A stretch of DNA of 64,000 nucleotides. Origin: Eledone cirrhosa. Lineage: Eukaryota. The stretch covers positions 311,984,001 through 312,048,000 of the forward strand of contig OZ024740.1 of assembly GCA_964016885.1 (NCBI GenBank), given 5' to 3'. The notes under the pieces were generated by a model. The model made no database searches, was not told the origin of the DNA, and saw only the letters and a list, made by a program, of their open reading frames with translations. Below, in pieces: positions 37,497 through 48,188 of the stretch. The translations under genes were made by a program, and so were the position numbers. Each line of letters opens with the position of its first letter. Within the stretch, counting starts at the first letter, position 1.

Positions 37497-38405
37497 GCCT
37501 GGACACAATGTAACAATGGATCACAGTGCAACAATGGATCACAATGCAACAATGGATCACAGACTGGCAACTCAAGCTAGCTATGCATTTTAGGAGTAAA
37601 AACCCAGCGTCCACATACTCCCTCCACAACACTGATATCAAGAAGTCCTCTTGTGAATGTAACCTGGGCATTACGGTTAGCAACGATTTGCGTTGGACAA
37701 AGCATGTCTCTAAAATTGTCAAGAAGGCCGAGGGTGTCTTAGCATCACTCAACAAGATCTTTGTCAGCCGCTCTCCAGCTATCTATTTAAAGCTGTACAT
37801 AGCTATGGTGCGGCCACACTTAGAATTTGCATCACCAGTCTGGAACCCCTATCTTGCTCAGAACATTGACCGCCTGGAAACTGCTCAGAGACGTGCAACC
37901 AAGCGAATACACTCCATCAGGCATCTACCATACTCTGAATGCCTTGCTTCCCTGGGCATGGATACATTGAAGCTCCGACGCCTGGCAACTGACTTGGTAA
38001 ACACCCACACAATTGTTAACCATCTTGCCAACAACAACCCTGAGTACCTTTTTGATTTCCATGTGTCTAACACACGTGGGCATGCCAACAAAGTCAGAAA
38101 ACAGCACAGCTCCCATGACTTTCGGAAACATTTTTTCACGCTCAGGGTTGCTGAAGCATGGAACAAACTACCTGCATCAGTTATTAGTTGTCGAGACACT
38201 GCATCCTTTAAAACCTCCATGCTTCCCGAGATTCGCCAACACTTCACCTAATATTCCCCTTCATACACATACACACATGTATATCATGACTCATACACTA
38301 TTCACTTCCCTGACATTTGTATATTATTCTATGTACTATACATGCACCTTTGACGAGTTGTAGTGCACCTGAGCACTTTACACAATAATTTCATTATTAT
38401 TATTA
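37497..38405 (+). mobile_element. 5'-truncated CR1-clade LINE
   Basis: 241-aa ORF of RT C-terminus, 3' UTR and (ATT)n tail; 18-bp unit triplicated near the 5' end. Confidence 0.9.
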
Positions 38406-39337
38406 TCTGGTGAATTGTCAGTATCGGTAGAGGATCAGACGCCATGCTTTCTAGCATAGTTATGTCCCTTTATGATCTGAGTTCAAATCCCGCCGAGGTT
38501 AACTTTGTCTTTGATCCTTACGGGGTCGATAAAATCAAGTACCAGTAATGTACTGGGTAATTGCTGGCCTTGTGCAAAAAAGTAGAAACAATTATTATTA
38601 TCTTTATATAGGACTATGTAACTGTCCATTCTTGTTTAAGATGGTGGTGTTTCGTTTCAAGGAAATTTTTGCTGCTATTTCTAGCAAATTAAGTCACTAT
38701 GTAGATGCTCCTTGGGGTGCCAAGTTTAATCAATAAGGCATTAAGCAGTGACCTTAAACAAAATGTGTTAAATGATATTGTGCATGTTAGTGTATGTACT
38801 CAATATAAATGTTATATAATACTTCGATTACATTGTAGACAAGTTACTTCCCTTGCTTTAGCCAACTAGCTGGAAAACAACTACCACTTTCCTTTCCATT
38901 ATAAACGTTTTGTTGGTTGTCAAGTCACTAAATTATAGGCGACGAATTTGCAAAATCGTTTGAATGCCAGTATTCATTTCAATTCTCTGTGTTCTAAGTT
39001 CAAAATTCACCAAGGTCAACTTTACTTTTCATCCTTTCGAGGTTAATAAAAAAAGTACCAGTCCAATACTAGGGTTGATTGTTTCTCTGTATCTCTTTCT
39101 TAATTCCTTTCTCTCGGCTCTGTTTAAACCTGGAGAAGGGATATGCTCTGCCAGGTTTAAAATATCCAATGTCACTGTAGCACCTCTACGACTCTATCAA
39201 GAGTTACAGGCCCATACATACAAGTCAGTAAATTAGAGTTAAGATTAGTATCAGAAAGAGGCAGTGTGATTGTCCAGCTAAAATAGAATGATTATATATT
39301 CCAAATGATGTTATTTATATGTATTTTTGACTTACAG

Positions 39338-39496
39338 GCTTGATGCTGGGTCTTTTGGAACAATGGGTGTTGGCATAGGATTTGCAATAGCAGCCGCATT
39401 CTGGTGTAAAGAACATAGTAATAATAAGCGTGTGGTGTGTGTTGAAGGAGACAGTGCCATTGGTTTTTCGGCAATGGAACTAGAGACTGTATGCAG
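39338..39496 (+). CDS. HACL1: HACL1 coding exon ([20 protein letters not shown]...[19 protein letters not shown])
   Basis: tacAG / GTaaga; start of TPP-binding motif. Confidence 0.96.
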
Positions 39497-40458
39497 GTAA
39501 GATGACTCTCTAGAGATTATAAAGAGGAATGAAGAAGAAACTGTAGATAGATGCAGATTTATACTACAAGAAAAGAAATGAGTTTACCAATATTGAGAAT
39601 TTTGAGAAGATATATGATATATCTGGATGCAATATGCCCAAATGGTTAAAAGGTTTACTGTGCAATCATTAGGTCCCACTGTGTGGTACCTTGTGTAGGT
39701 AGACATATGCCTTGTGAGTGAAATTGGGTAGTCAGAAACTGTTTGGAAGCCCATTGGATGGACTGTCATTGTAATTCAAAGGGCTAGTTTTGTTACACAC
39801 TGTAATTTAAAGGGCCAGCTTTGTCACTTTCTATCATGCTGAATCTCCCTGAGAACTATATTAAAGGTACACGTGTCTGTGGAATACTAAGCCACTTACA
39901 TGTTAATTTCAGAGTAGTTGTTCCATTGATTGAATCAACTGGAGCACTTGTCATCGGAAACAAGAGAAGTCTAACAACAACCACATATGAGAAGTATGTT
40001 AGTTGTTAGTGAACCTTTCAGTAATGATTTGATGTCCATTTTTGCAAGATGTTATGTTTCAATCTTAACTATGAGGCTTAAAAATAGCCATTAAAAACAC
40101 ATATGCTGATGATGATTATATCTCAGAATTGGTATGCTATGCTGTGAAAGGGTTGTGGGAGACCTCTCATTGTGGCTCCTTCCTCTAAGAAATGTTATAA
40201 AACATGAAACAAAAATTGTCTAAAGAAACCATAGAGCATGGAGTGTGTAGACAGACTGATGTGTTGTATAGCAGAGAATGGTATACCTAATTACATTCTC
40301 TCCAAAAAAGTATGTTTGTCTATGTAAAATTATTATTATTATTATGTAAGAAATTATTATAACTTACAGTAAAAGGATATGTGAAAAATTGAGTTTCATA
40401 GTAAATTAAATGTAGTATTTCTCCCCAAAATAACTTATCTTTCATGATTTCTTTCCAG

Positions 40459-40566
40459 ATACAAACTTCCTATTATATTTCTTGTCTTTAATAATAATGG
40501 AATCTACAGCGGTTTGGATACTGAGAGTTGGCGGTGCCTCCAAGAAGAAAATGATATGGCTCTTGT
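40459..40566 (+). CDS. HACL1: HACL1 coding exon ([20 protein letters not shown]...)
   Basis: tccAG / GTaagt; NNNGIY. Confidence 0.95.
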
Positions 40567-40769
40567 GTAAGTTTTCATTTGATAACTCTGAAAAAATCCT
40601 ATCATGATGTTGTTGTTCAACCACAAGTCAGCTCAGGCTGAGCAGACATGATCAAAGATTTTCCAATCATGACCAACCCTTCTTTCCTTTTGCTCATCAT
40701 GAACTTTTTGACTTCTTGAAGAATGCTATTGTTACTGTCTAGCCCAGGTTAGCCTTTATTAAGCAAACC

Positions 40770-40807
40770 AACCTTCGTATGTGTCCACTTGGACACATAC
40801 GAAGGTT
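40770..40807. repeat. 38-bp palindrome (18-bp arms, 2-nt centre)
   Basis: AACCTTCGTATGTGTCCA-CT-TGGACACATACGAAGGTT. Confidence 0.95.
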
Positions 40808-41288
40808 TGATCAACCTTTATTGGATCACCTGTATGCTATAAGATATGAAACACCCAGTGACTCTAGGATATAACACTAATGATGTGTCTAAGTATTTGC
40901 ATCCATAGATGTATGAAGAACTTGCTGAAATATCATAACTTACATCATTTCAATTCATTTTTAATCCATGAGTAGTGACAACAAACTTCTTACCACACAT
41001 TCCTTAGAAAATTCTTTGTCGTTATTGATATGTTAATACTGTACATTCCTTAGAAAATTGTTTGCTGCTATTGCCATATTTGAACCAGCAGACTCCTTGT
41101 TTCTACAACACCACTGTATGTAATTTACTTAGCCTTACGCTGAACATTAAAGACAATAATATCTTTCATTAAATGTAATTTAATTTATGAGATATGAGTT
41201 ACTGGGAAGAATATAGCTCGAATTATATATAAGGATGCTTCTTCTGCTTCTCTGATAAATCACAAGGAAATGTTATTTACTCTTGCAG

Positions 41289-41475
41289 GGCCCCACCTAC
41301 AGCCCTGGCCCCAGAAATTCGTTATGACAAAGTTATGGAAGTCTTCGGTGGTAAAGGTCAACTGGTAAAAACTCCAGAGGAATTGAGTAATGGTTTTAAA
41401 AGTGCAATGGAAGATGAAGAGGGAGCTTATCTGCTGAATATTTTGATTGACCCAATGGCTACCCGCAAGACACAG
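41289..41475 (+). CDS. HACL1: HACL1 coding exon (APPTALAPEIRYDKVMEVFGGKG...ATRKTQ)
   Basis: tgcAG / GTttgt; FGGKG. Confidence 0.95.
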
Positions 41476-42702
41476 GTTTGTAGTTTAACATTGTTTCACT
41501 TTCTATACTATAGGTTCCAAAATGTCATAGATCAAAGGGTTTTTTTTATTGGTCTAATATATAGTGTGAAGGTCATTGCCTAGTGGTTAGAATATTGGGC
41601 TCAAGATTGTAAAGTCATAGGTTTTTTCCAGGGCTAAGCAGTGTATTGCATCCTTGAGCAAGACACTGCCTTTCATGTTGCTTCAGTCCATTCGGCTGAT
41701 ATAAATGTGGAGCAGCAGCAACAGCTGGAGTTTAACTAGCATCATTAATACAAATGAAACCAAGATAGGCACTTGTCTGATGAGCCTCTGAACTTGTGGC
41801 AGCCTTTTAATATGAACTATAATGCATTGATTGGCAGTATAGGTAGAGGGTCGGACGTCATGCTTTCCAGCATAGTTACGTCCCTTTACGATCTGAGTTC
41901 AAATCCCGCTGAGGTTAACTTTGCCTTTCATCCTTACGGGGTCGATAAAATAAAGTACCAGTAATGCACTGGGTAATTGCTGGCCTTGTGCCTAAAGTAG
42001 AAACAATTATATTAGTTGTCCACAAAACATGAGTTCAAACTCTTGGGTTATGAGTTGACTAAGTCTTGAAATAAAGTATAATCTAATCTGTTTTCTCAAT
42101 TGAGAGAATGACATACTACCAATTCCATTTAGGTACACTGAATCTTGATTTCTTGCAAATTTATCAAACCCTGCCAAGAATCTGTTTTAATAAATCTAGA
42201 AGCTACAGAGACAATATATAGCATAACAGTATCTATGGGTAAAGTTGTAGTGTACCTGAGTATTGTACACAATAATTTTCATTTTTATTATTATCATTAT
42301 TGAGGGTGGTGGATTGGCAGCATCGGTAGAGCTTTGAACACCATGCTTCACGGCATATAGTTCTTTACATTCTGAATTCAAAATCCTGCTGAGATTAGCT
42401 TTTCCTTTCATCTTTACAGGGTCGATAAAATAAAGCAATAAAGCACCAGTAAGTACTGGTGTCGATTTAATCGATTTTCCCCTCCCCTTCAAATTGCTGG
42501 CCTTGTGTCAAATGTAGAAACAACTATTATTATTACATTCAGTTGTTAAATGTTGAGATAAAGCCATCTTTTAGTTATAGATAATACATTTCTACATCAT
42601 TTTGTTTTAACTATTTCACTTGAGGAAAATATAATTTTTAAGAACAAATTCACACATGTATGTAACTTTTAAGTATAGAATTCTCTGCATTATTTTTTTC
42701 AG

Positions 42703-42735
42703 GAATTCTCCTGGCTTACTTCATCTAAATTGTGA
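42703..42735 (+). CDS. HACL1: HACL1 last coding exon (EFSWLTSSKL*), PTS1
   Basis: ttttcAG acceptor; matches HACL1 C-terminus DFHWLTRSNM; TGA at 42733-42735. Confidence 0.93.
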   Translation, partial: EFSWLTSSKL

Positions 42736-43186
42736 GTTCTAAAGGAATCTGTGATATAAAAAAAAACAACAACAAAAAACATTCCAAATAATTCAACAAC
42801 ATTGTAAAGATTTAAAGAAAATAATTAATACAATTAAATATATACTGAACTATTTTTCAAAACTTTTTTTCTGTTGTTAATGGTGTGGTGTTATGTGAAA
42901 TGTAGTATGGATTGGTGTGGTGCGGTGTAGTAGAGAAAAGTGAGGGGTTGGAATCTGTATGAGTAAATGGTGAGTATAATACTGTGTCTTTTCTTCGATA
43001 TTAATTGCAACATTTACAATATATTTATAGTTGTATTATAAAGTCTGATGCAACAGCACCATTATAATGCTACTGTTTCTATGTAAATTTATGTTGTAAG
43101 GTGAGGAAATATTGTAACAACCAGAACATCAGTTGTGTCAGTCAGTGTTAATATCAATAAGATATGATGGTGATATCACTATGGCT

Positions 43187-43311
43187 CTAGTAGAGCTGCA
43201 TGAGAATACTCTTCAGCATTCGTGCTTCATAGGAAACTGTGTTTTTCCCAGGATTTAAAGGTTCTTCTTCCAGTGGCTGTTCTGTCATGGCTTTCACCTC
43301 AAGACCATGAA
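43187..43311 (-). CDS. TTC30: TTC30 last coding exon (HGLEVKAMTEQPLEEEPLNPGKNTVSYEARMLKSILMQLY*)
   Basis: tgcAG acceptor; TAG at 43189-43187. Confidence 0.93.
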
Positions 43312-44524
43312 CTGCAATATAAAAAATTTAACACAAAATCTTTATTTCACAGCTGATATTGACTAACTATGGTTTATTTGAAATAACTAATACATCTATT
43401 TTTGCTGACTGCCAGGTTGCTCATTTTATGAGTTTCTATTGCACATTGATACATGTATCTGGTGCTACTCAACAATACATACTGCAGTTTTTTACTTAAT
43501 GAAATCTTTTCATCATAACCATTGATATGATATTCTTCTGCTCAGCATCTAGTATGAATCACCATTGGCTTAACTCTAGTAGCTCCACAAATATCAATAA
43601 GCCACCATGCTGCCGACCTATGATAGGATTTTTCGTCATAGAGGCTTACTCATCCAAAAACTATTATAGAGGAACTTTTCTTTATGTTCCTTACCAATTA
43701 TAAAATCATTGAAACACTTCTTAGTTGTTCCTGACATTATTACAATTTGGTAGTTTTCTTTCTTGAATTTATGACAAGTATAGCTAAGTGCCTTGTCCAA
43801 GTGATAAAACTATATACCAGGAAGGCATCAATCCTACAATCTCTCGACAAGGAAATCTAAGATGCCACAGTTGAATTATTGTGCTTTGAATCTTAGCCTT
43901 GCAGATGAAAATCCTGATCAGCTTTTTAAAAAGATAAGCAAATCTTGGCAGCATTTCAATTAAGAACTATCTGACTTACATGGATCTCTGTCTTTTAATA
44001 CAACCCAACATATAGCTTTCAATAATTCTATTTGATAGAACAGATTTTACTTTTACGACACAAACAGCTGTTAATAAACATGTTTAGCTCTAGAATGTTT
44101 TACAGTTATTGTAAATTCAATGAAACCACTGATGTGTATTAAATAAACGATTTATTATAGAAGGAAATATTGGAGTGCAAAACAAAGTTTACTGGGTCCC
44201 AGTTGCCAGAGACATGACAACCTATTCAGTGTTGATGCAATGATAAATTCCACCCAATACACCCTGTAAAGTGGTTGACATTAAGAAGGGCATATGGCTA
44301 TAGAAACTATGACAAAACTAAAATGTTAGCAATGTGTGGCTGCCAGCACATCTAGGAGGACAATAGCTTCAATTATGTAATAATTTTCTGATGACCTGTC
44401 CAACCCATGGTAGCATGAAAAAACAGGCATTAAATGATGATGATGATGATATATATATATCATCATCATCATCATATATATATTTTGGAAATAAACATTG
44501 AAGCATTGGGTGACACACATTTAC

Positions 44525-44560
<36 letters not shown>

Positions 44561-44880
44561 TACCTTTGGCCATCCCTGCTCGGACTCCATTTTCCCTCCA
44601 CCCGTTTTTCCCAGACTGATAAACCCATCTCATATTTTTATATTCTGTGTTTTCTTTATATATTCTGTTTAATTCTGTATCTATTTATTTTCACTTCATA
44701 TTTTATATTTATTTTTATTTCTATTTTTCCTGTCCTTTCATGTTTTTTCTACTAACTCCCCCCCCCCCCCCCCCCCGCACACACACACACTCTCCTGATG
44801 AAAGACTTATGTCCGAAGTGTGAAGCTAATAACACCATGTACCACTTACTCCTGCGTTTGTTTGTTTACTTGTTATTTCG

Positions 44881-44922
<42 letters not shown>

Positions 44923-45411
44923 CACTCATACACATGCTTACCCATACATCAACAAAAACAAAAAAATAATAATTCAGACACACACACTAACGTGCACACA
45001 CAAATACTATAAAGACTCAGAAACACACACGTGTACATTATAGACAGAAGCAATAATGCACATGTATGAAATTCACCCCATCAGCACACTCACAATCACA
45101 CCCATGACACACCTGGACTCTCCACCTCACCCCCCCCCCCCCCCTTCTGCCCATTTCTAAATGCTGGACCACTCACCTACCACCCCTAACGTTTTTAAAA
45201 ACTTTTTCCAAACTCCAATGTTCCTACTTGTTCTCTCTCTAAACTCTCCATTTCCTGAAGAAGGACTTAGGTCTGAAGCACTGAACCCTCCTCTACTTCC
45301 TCCTAAGCGTGATACTAATAAGACTTTGTTTTTGCATCCTTGTATTAGTGTTGTCATTTCTTTAACTATACACATATATATAAACAAAGTATATATCATT
45401 GTTTTACTTAC

Positions 45412-45620
45412 TTTCACAATGTTCTAGAAATGTTATACATTCTTGCACCACCGAGTCACGGATCATAACCATGTGCTTGGCCATGTTTTCAATTAATGAC
45501 AAAAAACATCTCTTAGCATAAAACCATGTATCTGTAACAAGCTTCTTCTGATATGGTTCTAAACTCTTGATTACACGAGAAATCCCAAACTCATAGTTTC
45601 CTTTAGCACAGTAAAGGGTT
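45412..45620 (-). CDS. TTC30: TTC30 coding exon (TLYCAKGNYEFGISRVIKSLEPY...FLEHCE)
   Basis: tccAG / GTaagt on minus strand. Confidence 0.96.
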
Positions 45621-46078
45621 CTGGAAGAGAATAGTATATGAGAGTATATTATGTAACAGCTGATGCCTGTGTAGCAACAAGGTTTTACTCTTCATATGAA
45701 GCTTGCATAAAAAATATGATGATGTATGATAGTAAAATGGCCACTGAGTGTGGAACCTGCTGAGCTGGTATGGACATTTGAGGGGTGTTATATACTGTAG
45801 GTGGACAGGGAAGATCTAGGAAGAAGTTATGAAGTTAGATCTCAGGATATTGGGCCACTGTTACAGTGGAGTTGACAAAATACCAAGACAGTAAGCGGTA
45901 TACCAGAGGTTCTCAAACTTTTAGCCCTGCCCCTGGCCATGTAATACCCTCAGCTCCCCCCACCCCTATTTCCAGAGAGATCTACCTACATGCAAATTGT
46001 AAATAATATATAATAAATAAAATTGTTAATCTATATACAAATAATATAATATATATTATGTATAAATAAATATTGTAT

Positions 46079-46450
46079 AATAGAATTAGAATTTAGCTTC
46101 GAACATAGCTGTATACAAATATGTATTTGAATTTCATATTTCTAAAGAAATATGGTATGTTTATAAATAAACATTTAGAAAGCCATAGCTATGAATAACA
46201 CACTGGCAACTAACGCCACCAGGCAGTGCCCGGCAGAAGCAAGAGGACAATCGTCTATGCATTTCGAACTCGACTATTTCTCATCAGGACGATCTCTGCC
46301 GTTCTTGCAACTGCTGGACTTTGAAAACAGGCGAAAATATATAGTTTTTTCATGTGTAAATGAGGTGATTAATCTCATTTGCATATGAAGCTGTATAAGT
46401 TGGTTCAATAGAATTAGAATTTAGCTTCGAACATAGCTGTATACAAATAT
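46079..46450 (-). mobile_element. Putative retrozyme / Penelope-derived hammerhead repeat (328-bp unit + 44-bp terminal redundancy)
   Basis: Perfect 44-bp direct repeat at 46079-46122 and 46407-46450; internal hammerhead; octamer ATGCAAAT (minus strand) at 46377-46384. Confidence 0.65.
46231..46301 (-). ncRNA. Hammerhead ribozyme, type I with minimal palindromic stem III
   Basis: Minus strand: cggcaga-g-atcgtc CTGATGA gaa-atagtcgag-ttc GAAA tgca TA gacgat-(12 nt)-tctgccg; core intact; predicted cleavage after AUA, between 46256 and 46255. Confidence 0.85.
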
Positions 46451-46712
46451 TTTTTATTTTACTATATCTATATATATATATATATATGTATCATTTGATA
46501 TTTAATATACTATTATATCATCTCTACTGCCCACTTAGGCCCCAGTGCCCCCTGGACCTTCTCAACACCCACTTTGAGAACCTCTGAGGTATACAAATAT
46601 GAAAAAAATGGATTTTATAAAAGTAAGAAGAAGGATGAGCAGGAGGTAATGATGGACAGTGGTAATGATGATGATGATTTCTAAGTTACATTTCAGAACT
46701 AAAAATACATAC

Positions 46713-46816
46713 CCAATAACCATATTGACAATACATAAATGGTAGACCTTTTTATCTGGGTCAGTGTGTGCCAGCTTCTCTTCCTCTTGCTCAAGTTTTC
46801 TCATCACAGCCTCTGC
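46713..46816 (-). CDS. TTC30: TTC30 coding exon (AEAVMRKLEQEEEKL...HLCIVNMVIG)
   Basis: ttcAG / GTatgt. Confidence 0.95.
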
Positions 46817-47498
46817 CTGAAATGAAATGTTATATACAAGATTATTTATTACAGTTTACTATGATAGTTACTACAGTTTGATATTAGTTCTGTGTTTGTT
46901 ATTACATCTCTATAACTGATCCAATGTAGTCATTTTATTATTGTTGAATTGCAGTCATGAAGGCTTAACAGTTTTGTTACCATATTTCTAATGAAAAATT
47001 CTATTTATAATTTTCAAGTAATATGGAAAATGATATAGAAGGATTTAGTAATATAAGGAACTTTTTCTTTATTAAGCATAAAGGAACTTTTTCTTTATTA
47101 AGCATAATTTAACAAATGTTGTTTTTTTTTACATAAAATTATGTTTAGCCCCACATCAGCCTGAATAAACAGGCCTTGGATCAAAGGTATTGCAGCCACA
47201 ACCAGCCTTTTTTTCCAAGCATAGCATATCTAAGACTACATTATTCAATGTGTCTTTCCTTTCTTTAGGATGATAGGGTGTGGTGTGAGGGAAATTTAAC
47301 TGCTATATTCAACAGGTTGAGCAACCATCTAGTAGAGCCTTTATCACTGGCTCACTATTACATTATTATGTGAATGAGATTTCAATAGACAAACCAGTTG
47401 TCTTCAGTAGATTGAACTTGAAGTTAAGTGAAATAAATAGAAATGGATAATAAAATGAATAATACAATTGTAAATGTTAAATGATTACAGAAACTTAC

Positions 47499-47570
47499 TT
47501 CTTCATTCTGGTTAGTCATAATATAAGAAACACAAAGGTTAGCCAGAACAATTGCACTGATATCCTGTAA
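47499..47570 (-). CDS. TTC30: TTC30 coding exon (LQDISAIVLANLCVSYIMTNQNEE)
   Basis: tctAG / GTaagt. Confidence 0.95.
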
Positions 47571-48188
47571 CTAGAAAGAAGATTTCATAATGAATATCAA
47601 TTTCTAATTTAGACACAAGGCCAGCAAATTTGGGGGAAGGGCAAAGTTGATTAAATCAACCACAGTACTTAACTAATAATTTATTTCATCAACCTTGGAA
47701 GGATGAAAGTTGAGCTCAGTGGGATATTTGAACTCAGAATGTAAAGAGCTAAAACAAATACCATGTTATTTTATCCAGCGCTCTACCAATTTTGCCAATT
47801 CACCAGCCTTTCATAATAAATATTAGAAACATTTAATACTATAATAATAAATATTAACAACATTTAACACATCAGTATATTACAATAATAAATATTATCT
47901 AAACCACAACTATAAAGTTGAGTCAGGCTATATCATTACAAATTCAAATTTATAACTGTAACTGTGTTTGCTTTACGAAAAGGCAGAAAACACCTCTGTC
48001 TAACTTGGCATTGCTCCACTTTTATTTCACAGTCAAATGATTAGCAGTGGAAGTGTTATCTACATGAGAAAACATTTGCTCATAAGGTACAAACATTTTA
48101 TTGTTGGTGCTGTTGTTTAGCCTAAGATATGATAAAAAGTGTTCCAACAATAACCAACCTCAAGTTTTGTATAACAAGGACAATATTA

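Larger units (their letters stand above)
1623..42735 (+). other. HACL1: HACL1 gene body (2-hydroxyacyl-CoA lyase 1, TPP-dependent), 16 coding exons in window, 5'-partial
   Basis: 16 GT-AG exons join in frame (1560 nt, 519 aa + stop). Motifs: [48 protein letters not shown]-binding EGDSA...NNNGIY. About 60 N-terminal residues are missing and lie upstream of the window. Confidence 0.96.
45904..46586. mobile_element. hAT (Charlie-like) MITE hosting the hammerhead repeat
   Basis: 14-bp TIRs CAGAGGTTCTCAAA / TTTGAGAACCTCTG; 8-bp TSD CGGTATAC / AGGTATAC (7/8 match). Confidence 0.8.

Noticed and set aside
41750-41790. GAAAC...CTGATGAG arrangement (possible type II hammerhead)
   Set aside because: Stems I-III do not pair convincingly; it lies in a decayed SINE
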